From Amoebidium appalachense (Eukaryota > Protista > Ichthyosporea), in the NCBI GenBank assembly GCA_963693365.1, contig CAVNZM010000009.1, positions 2,606,231 to 2,670,230 of the forward strand: a stretch of 64,000 nt of DNA, given 5' to 3'. This document shows positions 15,525 through 27,772 of this stretch, in pieces. Each line of letters opens with the position of its first letter. Positions within the stretch are counted from its first letter, which is position 1. The notes beneath the pieces are model-generated. The model was not told where the DNA came from, made no database searches, and worked only from the letters and a program-made list of their open reading frames with translations. The translations under genes were made by a program, and so were the position numbers.

Positions 15525-16073
15525 AATTCTACGGGGACAACCCCAAGGAGTGTGCCAGCTATGGACGTATCATCTCTGAGCAACACGCCGGCAGAATTGC
15601 AGAACTCTTGAAATCCGGCAAGGTAAAAATCCCGATTTTTTTTTGGCCAATACGGGCAGTATTGATTGCCTTTAAAGACCAAGTCTGCATTTCTCCAAGA
15701 TTTTAAATAAAGGAAAATGTATGACTCCTTTTATTTTATGAGGAAAAAAGGAGAATGCATCATATGTGGGCCAATCAAGTCGTCTCGTATATACTACCCC
15801 CTGCCCCCCCCCCCCCCCCCCCCCTCCCCCCCTCCCCCCCCCCCCCCCCCACCCCCCACCCACCCACCTACCACCACCACCACCACCATCACCACCCACC
15901 CGCCCACCTTTCTCAAGAACATATGTACCCCGCACACCACCACGACCAACACCCACCTGCCCACTCACCACTGCCTCAAAGAAACGAGAAACCTACACAT
16001 TTCAAAACGTCTACAAATACACACACACACAAACACGCACACGCGCGCGCACATACACGTACACGTACACATA

Positions 16074-16106
<33 letters not shown>

Positions 16107-16132
16107 ACACACGCACACACCACACACGCACA

Positions 16133-16219
<87 letters not shown>

Positions 16220-17078
16220 TGTGGTGGGTGGAGAGCACGATGTAGCGGACAAGTACATTGCCCCCACAGTCATGATTGAACCGGACATGGACTCGGTAAC
16301 AAACCCCCCCTTCCACCCCACCCCACTCTCAACACACAGGTGTGCACACACCCGAGCACACACACACACAAAAAAAAAAGGAAAGAAAGAATAAAAAAGT
16401 GAGAGAGATTGAGTGAGACAGGGGGGGGGAAGGGGGGGGGGAGAGGGAAGATGGAGAGAGAGAGAGAGGGTGAAAGGGAAGCGCAGGCAAAAAACCAACC
16501 ACACACATTCTTTACCCCCGTCCCTTGCCCTCTTCTCCTTTCCCCAGCCCCTCCCCCCCCCCCCCCCCTCCCCCCACCCGCCCGCCCGCCCGCCCGCCCG
16601 TGGGGTGCTGTACTCTCGTAAGTCCACGCACACACACACACGCACACACTCAAGGCGCAGAAATTCACTTTCTTTTTTTGGCAAGCTTGCAAGCTGTTAC
16701 GATTAGCTCTTTGAGAGGACACTTCTGACTGTGTTATGGGCCTTTAACTCACTGACTGATTGGCGAGTGTGCGATGACTGTACGCTATTTCCATCGCATG
16801 GCTCTATCTATAGCTGACCTGGTTTCTGTGTGTGTGTGCAGGATCTGATGGGCCAAGAGATATTTGGGCCTGTTATTGTGGTCATACCTGTGGGAAGCGC
16901 AGAAGAGGCTATTACCTTCATTAATGTAACAAACCCCCCCTCCCCCCCCCCCCGCCCCCGCCCCCCCGCTGCCGCCGCTCGCACGCACATGCACATGCAC
17001 ATGCACATGCATGTGCACACTCGCATTCGAACTCTCAGTCACACACGTGCAAGTGGCACATATACATGCACACACACA

Positions 17079-17109
<31 letters not shown>

Positions 17110-17785
17110 GCACGCACACAAACAAGAACACGAACACGAATATACACATACCACAGGCCGCAAAACCCACCACCATCCCTTCCCTCTCTTCTCCCTCCCT
17201 CCCTCCCTCCCTCCCTCCCTCCCTCCCTCCCTCCCTCCCTCCCTCCCTCGCTCCCTGCCTCTCCACCTCTCTCTCTTTCTTTGCAACATATACTAATTAA
17301 GCCCCCCCTTCCCCTTCCCTCCCCCCCCTTCCCCCTCCTTCCCCCCCAACATGCATTTTCTCCCTTTTTAGGCGCGACCACATGCACTTGCCGTGTACGT
17401 GTTTGGGAGCAACAGCAAGACGACAGACCTCTTCAAGCAAAAGACACGGTCGGGTGCCATCGACGTCAACAGCACACTCACACACGCTCTCAATGACTCT
17501 CTGCCGTTTGGCGGTGTGGGCGGTACGTCTTCCTCTTCCTCTTTCTGCTCTCCCTGCTCTCTCTCCCTTTTCTCCCTATCTCTCTCCCTCCTTCATCCAT
17601 TCCCCTCTTCCTGTTCACGTTCACATGTCCAGCTTAACCCCCCCCCCCCCCCCCCCCCCCCCCTTCCCCCTGCGCACATGACCCACTGTTGCCTATTCAT
17701 GTGTTCTCACTATGTGTTGTTTATGTATCTGGAAAGAGTAAGGAGCAGATGGAAATCTTGAGCCTGTGTCTCAGCCTGTGTCTTG

Positions 17786-17844
<59 letters not shown>

Positions 17845-18119
17845 TGTGTGTGTGTGTGTGTGTGTGCATGTGTGCGTTTGTGCGTTTGTGGGTGTGTCTT
17901 TGTGGGTGGGGAAGGGGGCGGCGGGGAGGAGGGGGGGGAGAGGGGGGGGGGGGGGGGGGGGGGGGGGGGTTGGGGGGATAATAGTTTACACCCTACTGAC
18001 GTGCTGATCGTCATTTTCTTATTTTCCGCAGACTCTGGCATTGGTGCCTATCACGGTGACCTGACGTTCGAGGTGTTCTCACACATGCGCGCATCTGTCT
18101 CACAAAACCTGGCTGTAAG

Positions 18120-18155
<36 letters not shown>

Positions 18156-18704
18156 CTCCCTCCTTCCCCTCCCTTCCCCCCAAAGACGACTCCGGGCTGG
18201 TAGGTGTACGGTTAAGTATTTGATGATTTTCTTATGTCGTGCACGGTGCCTTGGTTTGGTTTTCTTTGTTCTTTTTGTTGTGTGTGATTCATGCGCACCT
18301 TACACCTTCACCCCATCCCCAACGCAAAACACACACGTATATATACACACATGCCCGCCCGCACGCTTGATGCACAGACACAACACACACACACACACAA
18401 GCACACACACACACACACACGTGCACACACACACGTCTCGGCTGGTGTTGGATTGACTGTTGCTTAAGTCTCGTCATTGTTGGTTGGTTCGGACTTGCCT
18501 TCCACATAGTATTCAGTAGATTCTGTAAATGTTTCAGGCGACTGAACATCTTCTGCAATGCATTGATTGGCCCACTCACCTTCCATTTATGGTTCACAGG
18601 GCCCCCTAGACGTGCCCTTCAAGTATCCACCCTACGAGGGCGACAGCATGTTTCTCAGGTGGAAGGCCGGGCTGGTTCGATTCTTCGTTTCGTCCCGGTT
18701 CTGA
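7410..18704 (+). CDS. Aldehyde dehydrogenase, ALDH3 / fatty-aldehyde dehydrogenase type; 16 exons, 493 aa
   Basis: GT-AG exons 7410-7481, 8404-8472, 8910-8972, 9655-9852, 10916-10934, 11731-11836, 12538-12596, 13096-13154, 13982-14112, 14805-14910, 15524-15622, 16218-16295, 16842-16925, 17372-17522, 18032-18114 and 18600-18704 join in phase (1482 nt). Motifs: [34 protein letters not shown] (catalytic Glu), [11 protein letters not shown] (catalytic Cys), [24 protein letters not shown]. Confidence 0.95.
9160..9612. repeat. Degenerate ~30-bp tandem array in ALDH intron 3, possibly transposon-derived
   Basis: Recurring attcccacta(t)ctcgatatctagaca-like units, preceded by gcgaagcgaagcga. Confidence 0.65.
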
Positions 18705-18783
18705 GCATATATTCGACAAAAAGAAAAGTTTGTGGTCTATAACTGAAAACTATATCTTCCGCCGTTCGTGGTTTTTTCTACGC

Positions 18784-18825
<42 letters not shown>

Positions 18826-19785
18826 CCTTCCCCAAGGGGGTTTTTTCGATGGGTTTGACATTGTATGTGTGTGCATGACGCATTGTCTTGCAACATGCAC
18901 CACATCATGAGATATATTTTCAAGACTGACTTGCAGCCGTTATTCCAGATTTAATATCGGAACACACGCGTTTTTTCACTGGTAGATACAATCTTTATCC
19001 GTTCTCGCTGAATATTATCGACGAAGGTGAAATTACAGAAATTTAAAATGGCTTTGTACAACTGGAAAACTTGGTTTGCGTTGCTGGCCAAGATATATTG
19101 ATGAATTTAGGAAAATACGCTTTTTAGGTTTCTAAATCGGACTACTTGTTATGCATACGAGATTAGACACATGCTGGCCAATGTTACCAGGCCGTGCTAC
19201 TCGCATATAATCAATCTAATATAGTTAGATAAATACATGTGTAAATTTCAATACTATGACTATATTAGTACCTGCTTCCAAATGCCTTGTGGGCATGCGC
19301 TCCTCTAAGGTTTACCGCATGTGAGTGCCTATTTATATATGATACCCTGTCACAATGAAAATTCTCTGAGTCCACCGTCATGATTATCCATATTGGTTAG
19401 GCACACAGTATCCCTAGGCTGTGGATCATTTCTAGTATTCCAGCCATGGATCGGGCCAGCAAGACCTTAATAACAAATATGCTTATTTGACAAATATACC
19501 GTGGGTGCCCCATATTCATCCCTTTTTTATTCTTTTATGAAAATATTTTTTTTTGTGCCATGCACGCCACGACTGTACGTAAGATGATGCATGTGCATAA
19601 ATGCAACCTGTACCGATGTGTACAGTCTGTGACTGTGACTGTACACATCCACAGACTGTACACATCTAGCGGTTGCTGATTTGTGGTGTACGTGCCTGTG
19701 ACACTGCATGGCATTGCCTGCACGCGGTGCTATGCAAATGAATATACGTACGCGTTCTTGTGTATGTGAGGGAGGGCGGGGGGGG

Positions 19786-19817
<32 letters not shown>

Positions 19818-19960
19818 TGTGTGTTTTGAGTGAGTGCATCAATCTGCTTGTACATCGCTGGGGTGTACACCTCATGTGTTTGTGTGGTTCATGTGTGTTT
19901 GCACGGGTGACTTGTGAAGTAAGCGTGAAAGTGTGTGTGCGCGCTGTGCAGAGACTGGAG

Positions 19961-19997
<37 letters not shown>

Positions 19998-20102
19998 CGC
20001 ACGCTCCGCGGGGCCCCCTTAAGAAGGCGATGGTGGGGGGGGGGGGGGGGGGGGGGGAGGGGGGAGGGGAAGAGGGGGGAGGGTTTGGCGGAAAGGAGAG
20101 AA

Positions 20103-20141
<39 letters not shown>

Positions 20142-20409
20142 GCCTCCGGGGGGTTGCAATGGGGGAGATGGCGGCATGGCCGTAGTGTGTTACAGTAACC
20201 TAGGAATAATTCAGGTGATCAAAGTCATGGACTCCTAACTTAGTGGCTTCAAGGCTTCGAATTTTGTGCATGCATGTAAAGCACTGCTAAATCATAGCGC
20301 TAGCACTCTCATATTATGGTCGTGGTATATCAACTTCGGATCATTTGATATAACCGGATGTAATCTTGACAGCCAGGCTGTGGGGTGGCCCGGGTCACCC
20401 AGCCCCTGC

Positions 20410-20475
<66 letters not shown>

Positions 20476-21143
20476 CCGCCCGCCACGCCCCGCCCCGCCC
20501 CGCCCCGTCCGTCCGCCTTTCTTGAGGGTAGAAACCTCAGAGGCTCGTGGGGCAAAGGCTTCGAAAAGTATTCTTGCAAGAAGTGCCCCCCCCCCCCCCC
20601 CCCCCCCTCCCCCCCCCTCCCCCCCTCCCCCCCCTCCCCCGGGACCCACCCGTTCAAATTGGGGGTGGACCCCCCCCCCCCCCCGACCCCCCCCCCCCCC
20701 CCCCCCCCCCCCTTCAAAATCAAGCTCCCCCAGTTAAATTTTTCTTGGCAGCACCATGAGCTGGTGAACTTTCCAAATTTTACGTCAGTCGAAGGGGTAA
20801 TACTATTCTTCGTTCCGATGTTGATCCCTGCGGGATTCGTTAAAGTCTACAGTCACTGTGTCTAACTCATGCAGAATATATCTTCCCATTCATAAACATA
20901 ATAGCCGTATGCATCACGCGGCGTGCACATTCTTTCAATACTGATGTTTTACATTTTACACAAAATCAAAATGCTAAATACATAGTGTATCTGCGAAGCT
21001 TTCTACTCCATCTGGGAGTCGTCCCCCCCACCCTCACCCCCCTTCCCCCCTCCCCCTCCCCTCCCCTCCCCCCTCCCACCTCCCAAGCCCGGGGACCGTC
21101 TGTGTACATATGACTCAAAGGCCCCTCGCCTCCTCGCCCACCC

Positions 21144-21229
<86 letters not shown>

Positions 21230-21399
21230 CACACGATGTGGCACAGCACACGCTGTCATCTCGAGGCTACTGTGACGTTCATCGCACCTAGGTACATTAT
21301 GTGCATGATGTGAGGCTGTGGTAGGTTGGTAGGTTTGTAGCCACATACTTTTTTTGAAGCCCGAAAAGTGTACATGTCCCGTAGCTTCGAGAGAAAGTT

Positions 21400-21918
21400 A
21401 AGACACCGTATCACAGTCAACAATATCATACTGTGCAGCATTGATAAGGTGATGATCTAACACGGTCATTTTATAACGGATATACTGGGGGAGAGAAGTA
21501 GAAAAGAGAATAAAGCCGCCCATAACCTCCGGTTCTACCACATTAGCTAACAGGTCACACTTATTGATAGATATGCATCCGCGAGTAAACCGCCCCCCAC
21601 ACATATTACACATACGAGCAGGAGACATTAAAAACCGATTACAACGCCAAGACATAATCATCTTTGCATATTTATACGACACAACATCATGAATAAACGA
21701 ATCTATAGTAGGAGCGAGATTGTCTAACCGTATCCGCCATATAGGCTACTAGTAGTTGGTGTTTTTGCTGACCTAACACTGGGAGGGACTCGACACTTAA
21801 AGTAAAAAGGTCACATGATCTATTAGCCATAGCCTATGACTTCAAAGCTATTTATAGTCACACTATGGTCCAGCCGTACCTCCGGTGGAGTCGCCAGCCA
21901 CTCCGCATATCGCTGGAC
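21400..21918 (-). pseudogene. 3' part of non-LTR retrotransposon (LINE B) ORF2, degenerate
   Basis: Frameshifted translation VQRYAEWLATPPEVRL...IDSFIHDVVSYKYAKMIMSWRCNRF...CNMCGGRFTRGCI resembles the C-terminal WR..CxxC region of LINE ORF2 proteins. Confidence 0.5.
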
Positions 21919-24110
21919 ATTTTTTTTTTTTTTTTAACACGTTTTGTTCCCGGAGGGCCTTTTCAGGCCCTCTAGGGAAACTACCGTCTACTCACACAGC
22001 ACCGACAGTACACTAGTTAAGGTGCTATCTATAAGTTCAGCTAAGCTAAACCATCCTTCACAACCTAACTATAAGTACACACTTTGCCCAGGGTTACTAC
22101 CCCAGCCACGCCGGCAGGAGGCTCCAGTCCTCCCCTCCATTCAAAACCTAGCAATGAACGTTAACCGAGGGCTCTCATTGGTCGATCTACAGTATTGGGA
22201 AGTCCTAAGTGTTGTGTATAGTATTTACGGTGAATATGGGTGGATGATGGGGTGTGGTGGTGGTGGTGGTGGGGGGTTGCTGCCTAACATTACATTGTTT
22301 GTGGTACGTATGTTGTGGCGATGTTTTTGTGAACTAAAAGGTGGGTTTTACAGGGCACACTGGGTCTGTGTGTGTTCCAGCAGTCAGAACAGGCTGGCCG
22401 GGTGTGTGTGGGAGGCGCATTTGTGTGTGTCTTGGGTTTTTGGGGAGCCATACTTTTCTCTCTACGGGTGGTGGGTATATGGTGGTGTTTTTGCATTTTG
22501 GGGTGGGTGGGGGGAAGTGTTGTGTTCCGTGGGTGCCAAATTTTTGAAAAGAAAAAGGACTGCAACTCTACTGTGATTTTTCCTAAGATGGCCCGGGTGG
22601 TGGTCTGGGTGGTGCCGGTGGCTGCAAGTAGTGGGCCCACCGATCGTGGGCAGAATCCCCGTTCGACCCACTTGACGTCTTCGGGGTCTGGTGGGTCACC
22701 GTTGCCTCCTATCCAGTTTATCCATGCACATTGGGCTACCACCTACACGTGGCTGCCATATGTTGGTGCTGTGCCGTGGGGGTGTTTGGATGACGAGTGT
22801 GCAGGACGTTGTGGATGCAGGCTGTGGGTGCTGGCCGTAGTTGGGCTGCGATGGGGGTGGCCCCCTTGATGATGGACCTGTACCACTGTGTAGCTCCAGG
22901 GTGTAGTAGGTCTGGGGGGTGGGGCAGTTCGGGGAATGCCCGGAACACCCCCGGCCGTACCATGGTGTCCTCCACCGTGTAGAGTTGACGGGGGTGTGTG
23001 TGGGGGCCGATGTGGGCAGCAAAGGTGTGGTCCGGGGAAAGCGGTGTTGATAGGGGTGCTGGTTGTTGTTGCTGCTTCCCCTCCTTCTCCTTGGGGGAGG
23101 GGGGGGGGGGGGACTTGTTTTTTTTTGGGGGGGTTTTCCCCAATACTCAGGTGCCGCTCGTGAAGGATCCCCGTGATATGGGCCCAATAGTTGTGGAGCT
23201 GCTTTCCCCCTATAGCCTGTAAAGTTTGGCTGGGGGTGCTTGCAGGGGAGGGTAGGGTAGGTCTGTCACGTGTTGCTGCTGCCAGGCTCGGTGCCGGACC
23301 ACGTCTCCTGCTGGTCGTGGTGTTTCCAGCAGGGCACACAGCTCCGTAACCATGGTGCTGGCTGCTGATTCGACGATGCTGGCCAGTCCCCCTAGAGTGG
23401 GATGGTGTAGCAGCCCGGACGGGGTGCTCCGGTGGAAACCACACTTCCGGACGGGGGAGGTCTCTCCACTTGCTGTCGATTACCTGCATGGTGGTGTTGC
23501 TGATGAGTGACCCTTTGAGGAGGAAGAGGATGGCCGGGGCCACCACACTGTTGGCCACGTAGATCACTTGGCTGGGTGCCAGCATTTTACGGGCTAGTAT
23601 GGTGGTGGCCCGTGATGTCAGCTGCATGGCCTTCCCGTCGTTGGGCCGAGTGTGTCGTTGGAGGGTGATGTTGACCCCTAGCACTCTGATGTGTGCATCG
23701 GGGGGCTCGATCTGAATGGGTAGGGGTGGTGCTCCCGGGGATTTGCGGTACTGCAGGGGGGCCACTGTTGCCGTGTTGGGGTACCACGGGCGAGGACTGA
23801 AAACTTGTCTGGGTGTGGTTCCAAGTCATGGTAGTAAAAAAAGGAGATATGTCGAGAGTTTGCTGGATGCTCTCCTTGTTGGGGCCAAACCATGTTGTGT
23901 CGTCGGCGAAGGCTACAGACGTCACACACGGGGGTGTTTGTGCCGGTGACTGTGTGGTGCTGTGTCTGTGGGTAGGTGCAAAGTGTACCCCTTGCCGTGA
24001 TATCGCTCGACAATGGGCACAGACGATGTGGAAGGGAAGAGGTAGATGCCCTGGGGCGAGTCCGGCGGGGATGCGTGTAGCCGGAAGAGTGGATGGGTCG
24101 GGGGAATGGC
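21919..24110 (-). mobile_element. 5'-truncated non-LTR retrotransposon (LINE A), frameshifted, with poly(A) tail
   Basis: RT motifs AFADDTTW (ORF 23587-23925) and IRVLGVNIT...IYVANSVVAPAILF (ORF 22743-23765). T-run at 21919-21935 is a minus-strand poly(A). Stem-loop gagggccttttcaggccctc lies near the 3' end. The 5' boundary is approximate. Confidence 0.8.
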
Positions 24111-24600
24111 GGATAGGCGGGTGATGTGCTCGTGAAATTTAAGGGCTAATTCGTGTATGCGTTGTGATGGTGGTGTGAGTGCGTATAAAGAACCGAAAAG
24201 GCGTCTAGAAATAGGTGTGGAAAGGCCAGTAAGAAACGTACAACAAGTTGTGTAGTGGAAGTCATCTAGTGATTGGAGAACATTTGCAACGGTATCAGGG
24301 GGTGCCATAGCTAGTAAAGGCAACCCATACTCAGACAAAGGGCGAATAAAGGTGCGAAATATACTAAGACGGTTGTGTAAGTGTACAGTAGTAGAAAGAT
24401 TAGCAAGATACACATCCCTAAATAAACGAAGACACCTGCCTGCACTCTCCACCCGACGGTCGACCATCCGTTTGAAACATATGCCCCACTCATCCACCGG
24501 AACCCCCAAATACTTATATTCGATCGGGCGAGGGAAGGGACTGCCGAATATACAAACGTCGTCCCATGCCGGTATCGATTTTAATAAAAGGGCCCGTAGC
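24110..24600 (-). pseudogene. LINE B reverse-transcriptase thumb-domain fragment
   Basis: YKYLGVPVD...RLSIFRTFIRPLSEYGL is typical of the post-RT thumb of non-LTR ORF2. Confidence 0.75.
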
Positions 24601-24947
24601 GTTGCTGTGGATACACCCTGTCGTTTTCACTTTCTTTTTGTTTTCTTGTTTTCTTTTTTATTGTTTTTGGATATCAGAACTAGTGCTCACTGGGCTAACA
24701 ACTATTAGACACGGTGGAGAGTGGAAATAACATACAGGAACCTTTTCATCAATATCTCCGTTTTTGCCTCATTTTGAGATGTCTTTGTATTCTTCTTATT
24801 TTTTATTTTTTATTTTTTTTGGTTTGTGGGGATTTAACTTCTTCTACTTCTTCCTTCCACTTTTCATATTTTGTTTTTGTTGTTTCGTCCTGATTTTCTC
24901 TATGCAGGGGGGCCTGTCTGAAGCTGTGTAGGCGTGTATGTGCCGTG

Positions 24948-25192
24948 TAGATAATGGGAGAAAATGTAAAGTTTACATTTTGGGTCGGTTCGTATGGTCC
25001 TCCCAGCGGACTATGAGAGTCCGCCTGGACTCTGAGAGTCCTGTCTTTTTTAACCTTCTACACGCACCTGCAGCCCCTGTTCGGGAAATTTCATGACAAA
25101 TCTTGCTTTATCAATATTCATATGCCAGTAAAACACCCCTGTTGTGACGTCACAACCAAAAATGTAAACTTTACAATTTCTCCCATTGTCTG
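24948..25192. mobile_element. MITE, about 245 bp
   Basis: ~35-bp imperfect TIRs: tagataatgggagaaaatgtaaagtttacattttgg versus the reverse complement of ccaaaaatgtaaactttacaatttctcccattgtctg. No clear TSD. Confidence 0.75.
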
Positions 25193-25275
25193 TTAATTAT
25201 TACTGTAATTTATTAATTTAGTCTTAGGTCCTGGGGGGAGGGGGGGGGGGGGGGGGGGGCTTCTTTTTCCTTCTC

Positions 25276-25309
<34 letters not shown>

Positions 25310-25909
25310 CCTAGTTTTTTGAATATACGTAATAGCAAGGGGGACTGGCGGCATGCCAGTAGCAGTGTATGTGTGTATGTGTGTGGGTGTGGGTTTGTGT
25401 GTGTGTATGTGTGTGTGCAGGTTGGCGGGGGGGAGGGAGGGGGGGGGGGGGGGGGGGGGGGGGCTGTCTGCCGCTGTATTCAGTACCCTGCATACATCTC
25501 AGTGTATGAAGCACAAACAATACGGTCACTGTGCTTTTATGGTTTTGAAATTAACTTAGTGGCACGTTTCTGTGGTCACAGGTCCTGTATTTGGTTTCAT
25601 TATAAATATATATACATAAATATGTGTAGCACATTAGTTATTAGTATTAATAATCCCTTTTTGGAAGATCATAAATAATTGAAAATGTAACATAGTACTA
25701 CTATAATTGTTTCCAGAAATGTCACCGAATATTATGTGTGGCTCTTGGAGAGGTCCTGGAAGAAAAAGATGGTTTAAATCATGCACCATGTCTCAGTGTG
25801 TATGGAAAACGCTATGAATGATTCCCCCTCCCCCCCCCCCCCCCCCCCCCCCCCCCCCGCCCCTCCCCCTACATAGCCCGGCCCGAATTCCTGCCCCTCC
25901 CCCTCCCCT

Positions 25910-25950
<41 letters not shown>

Positions 25951-26218
25951 TTGAACACACACATACGCACACGCACTGTGGCACCTGGCCACCTAACCGT
26001 GGTCACCCTAACACACACATGTGCACACACACACAAACACGTACGCACAAAGACATGACACACACACATGGCATGGCACACACACTGAAACGGCCAGGTA
26101 CATGCAAGCACGAGTGCACATATCACACTCACGGGGCGACACCCGGCTCCTTGTTAAATAATACTATGAAATTCTATTCGTATATACAGCAATATTGTAC
26201 AGATACACAGACATTATA

Positions 26219-26249
<31 letters not shown>

Positions 26250-26845
26250 CCCCAACACACACATATGCACATGCACCGGCCGGGCTGCCCACCCAACCAC
26301 CCTGACACACACACGTGCACACCGTGGCACACGGACTCGTACATGCATGTATATAGAGATACACACACACACTGCATGCCGTGGCACACACTGCACTGTG
26401 AAACACAGTGCGTAACACGTACCACATGTGCACACACCGCAAACAAGCACTGTGGCATCATACATGCTGAAAAACACATGCACACCCACACACACACCCG
26501 CGGTACACACACACACGCAAACCGTGGACACCGTCACAGAAAACATGCACCGGCACAGACACGACTGCAATGTACACACGTACAAGTGTGTACATTGCAT
26601 ACAAACGTCACCCATATGCATGTGCACACAAGCACACACACACGTCATCACAGCTGAACACACTAACATCAGCATGTGCGTACAATAGCACATGCATTTT
26701 AAGTTGACCTGTACAGTACCACGGCACCGTGTTACGTGGCATCCATGCACTGCATGCAGCGTATACGTACACGTGGCACCACACACACCCGTACATGTGT
26801 GCTTGTCTATATATACAAGTAGGTCTGTGCGCCGGCTGTCGCCGG

Positions 26846-27487
26846 TGTCGTATCCTAATATATGTGTACTAGAGACGCGGCACTCTACTAAGTGTACACA
26901 CACGAAAAGGAACGAACGTGTATAGAAAAACGGTAAAGTTTATTAAGACCAGGCTCCGACGGGCAAACTTAGATCCGTACGGATTGAGTCTAAGTTACGA
27001 CTGAGGCCATCAAGGCCGTGCCCTACAAGATCATCATCACCTGGCCCCCTACGATGCCACATTCCATTAACATTCCGATCTACGTTTATCGTGCGCCTGC
27101 ACGAGCTAAGTCGATCTACTCAACTAATATATTTATCCAAGTCTCACCCCTCACCCTTCCCCTAGTGGCACCGCAGAGTCTAATTCTACATTTCATACTA
27201 TCTCCCTCCCCCCTCCCTCCCCCCTTTCCTCTGTCATCGAAATATATAAATACGTTTGGCAGCATACACTATCAGAACTTGCCAATATTTACAAAAGGGC
27301 TTCTGCCCGAACAATCACATTCCTAAGTCCTCCTACGATCTATCCTACACACTAATTAGAATTCTATTGGTCGGCTGTCCCAGCTGACGTGGTCCTGCCC
27401 TGCGCCGGCAGAGGCAAGATGATGCACGCAGCTGCACAGCTATCTTGAGGCCCCGGACTTGATCTTGATGATCTGTGGACCCGGGCC

Positions 27488-27519
<32 letters not shown>

Positions 27520-27570
27520 ATCTCGATCGTAGACTTAGGCTAATCTGCTGAGACGGATTAGTATATGTCA
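26846..27570 (-). repeat. 3' LTR of the Gypsy element
   Basis: tgtcgtatcc...gtatatgtca; AATAAA on the minus strand near 26940. Confidence 0.95.
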
Positions 27571-27772
27571 ACTCCCCCCCCGGCCCCCGGAAAAGCTGAG
27601 TCCCACCTCAGTCACATTACATCTAACACCCCCTAAAAAGACATAGACTAATCAGTCTCCTAAAAAAATTAAATTAAATAAATTACGAAGAAAAATAATA
27701 AATTAATCTACACCATAAGCTTGATACCTACGGAGACACCTATGATAATAAATTAAATTCCTACGACTACGT

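Noticed and set aside
27018-27326. Repeated ~100-aa ORF MPYKIIITWPP (also at 34671 and 40028)
   Set aside because: It lies within the LTR copies, has a GTG start, and its frame is not conserved between copies.
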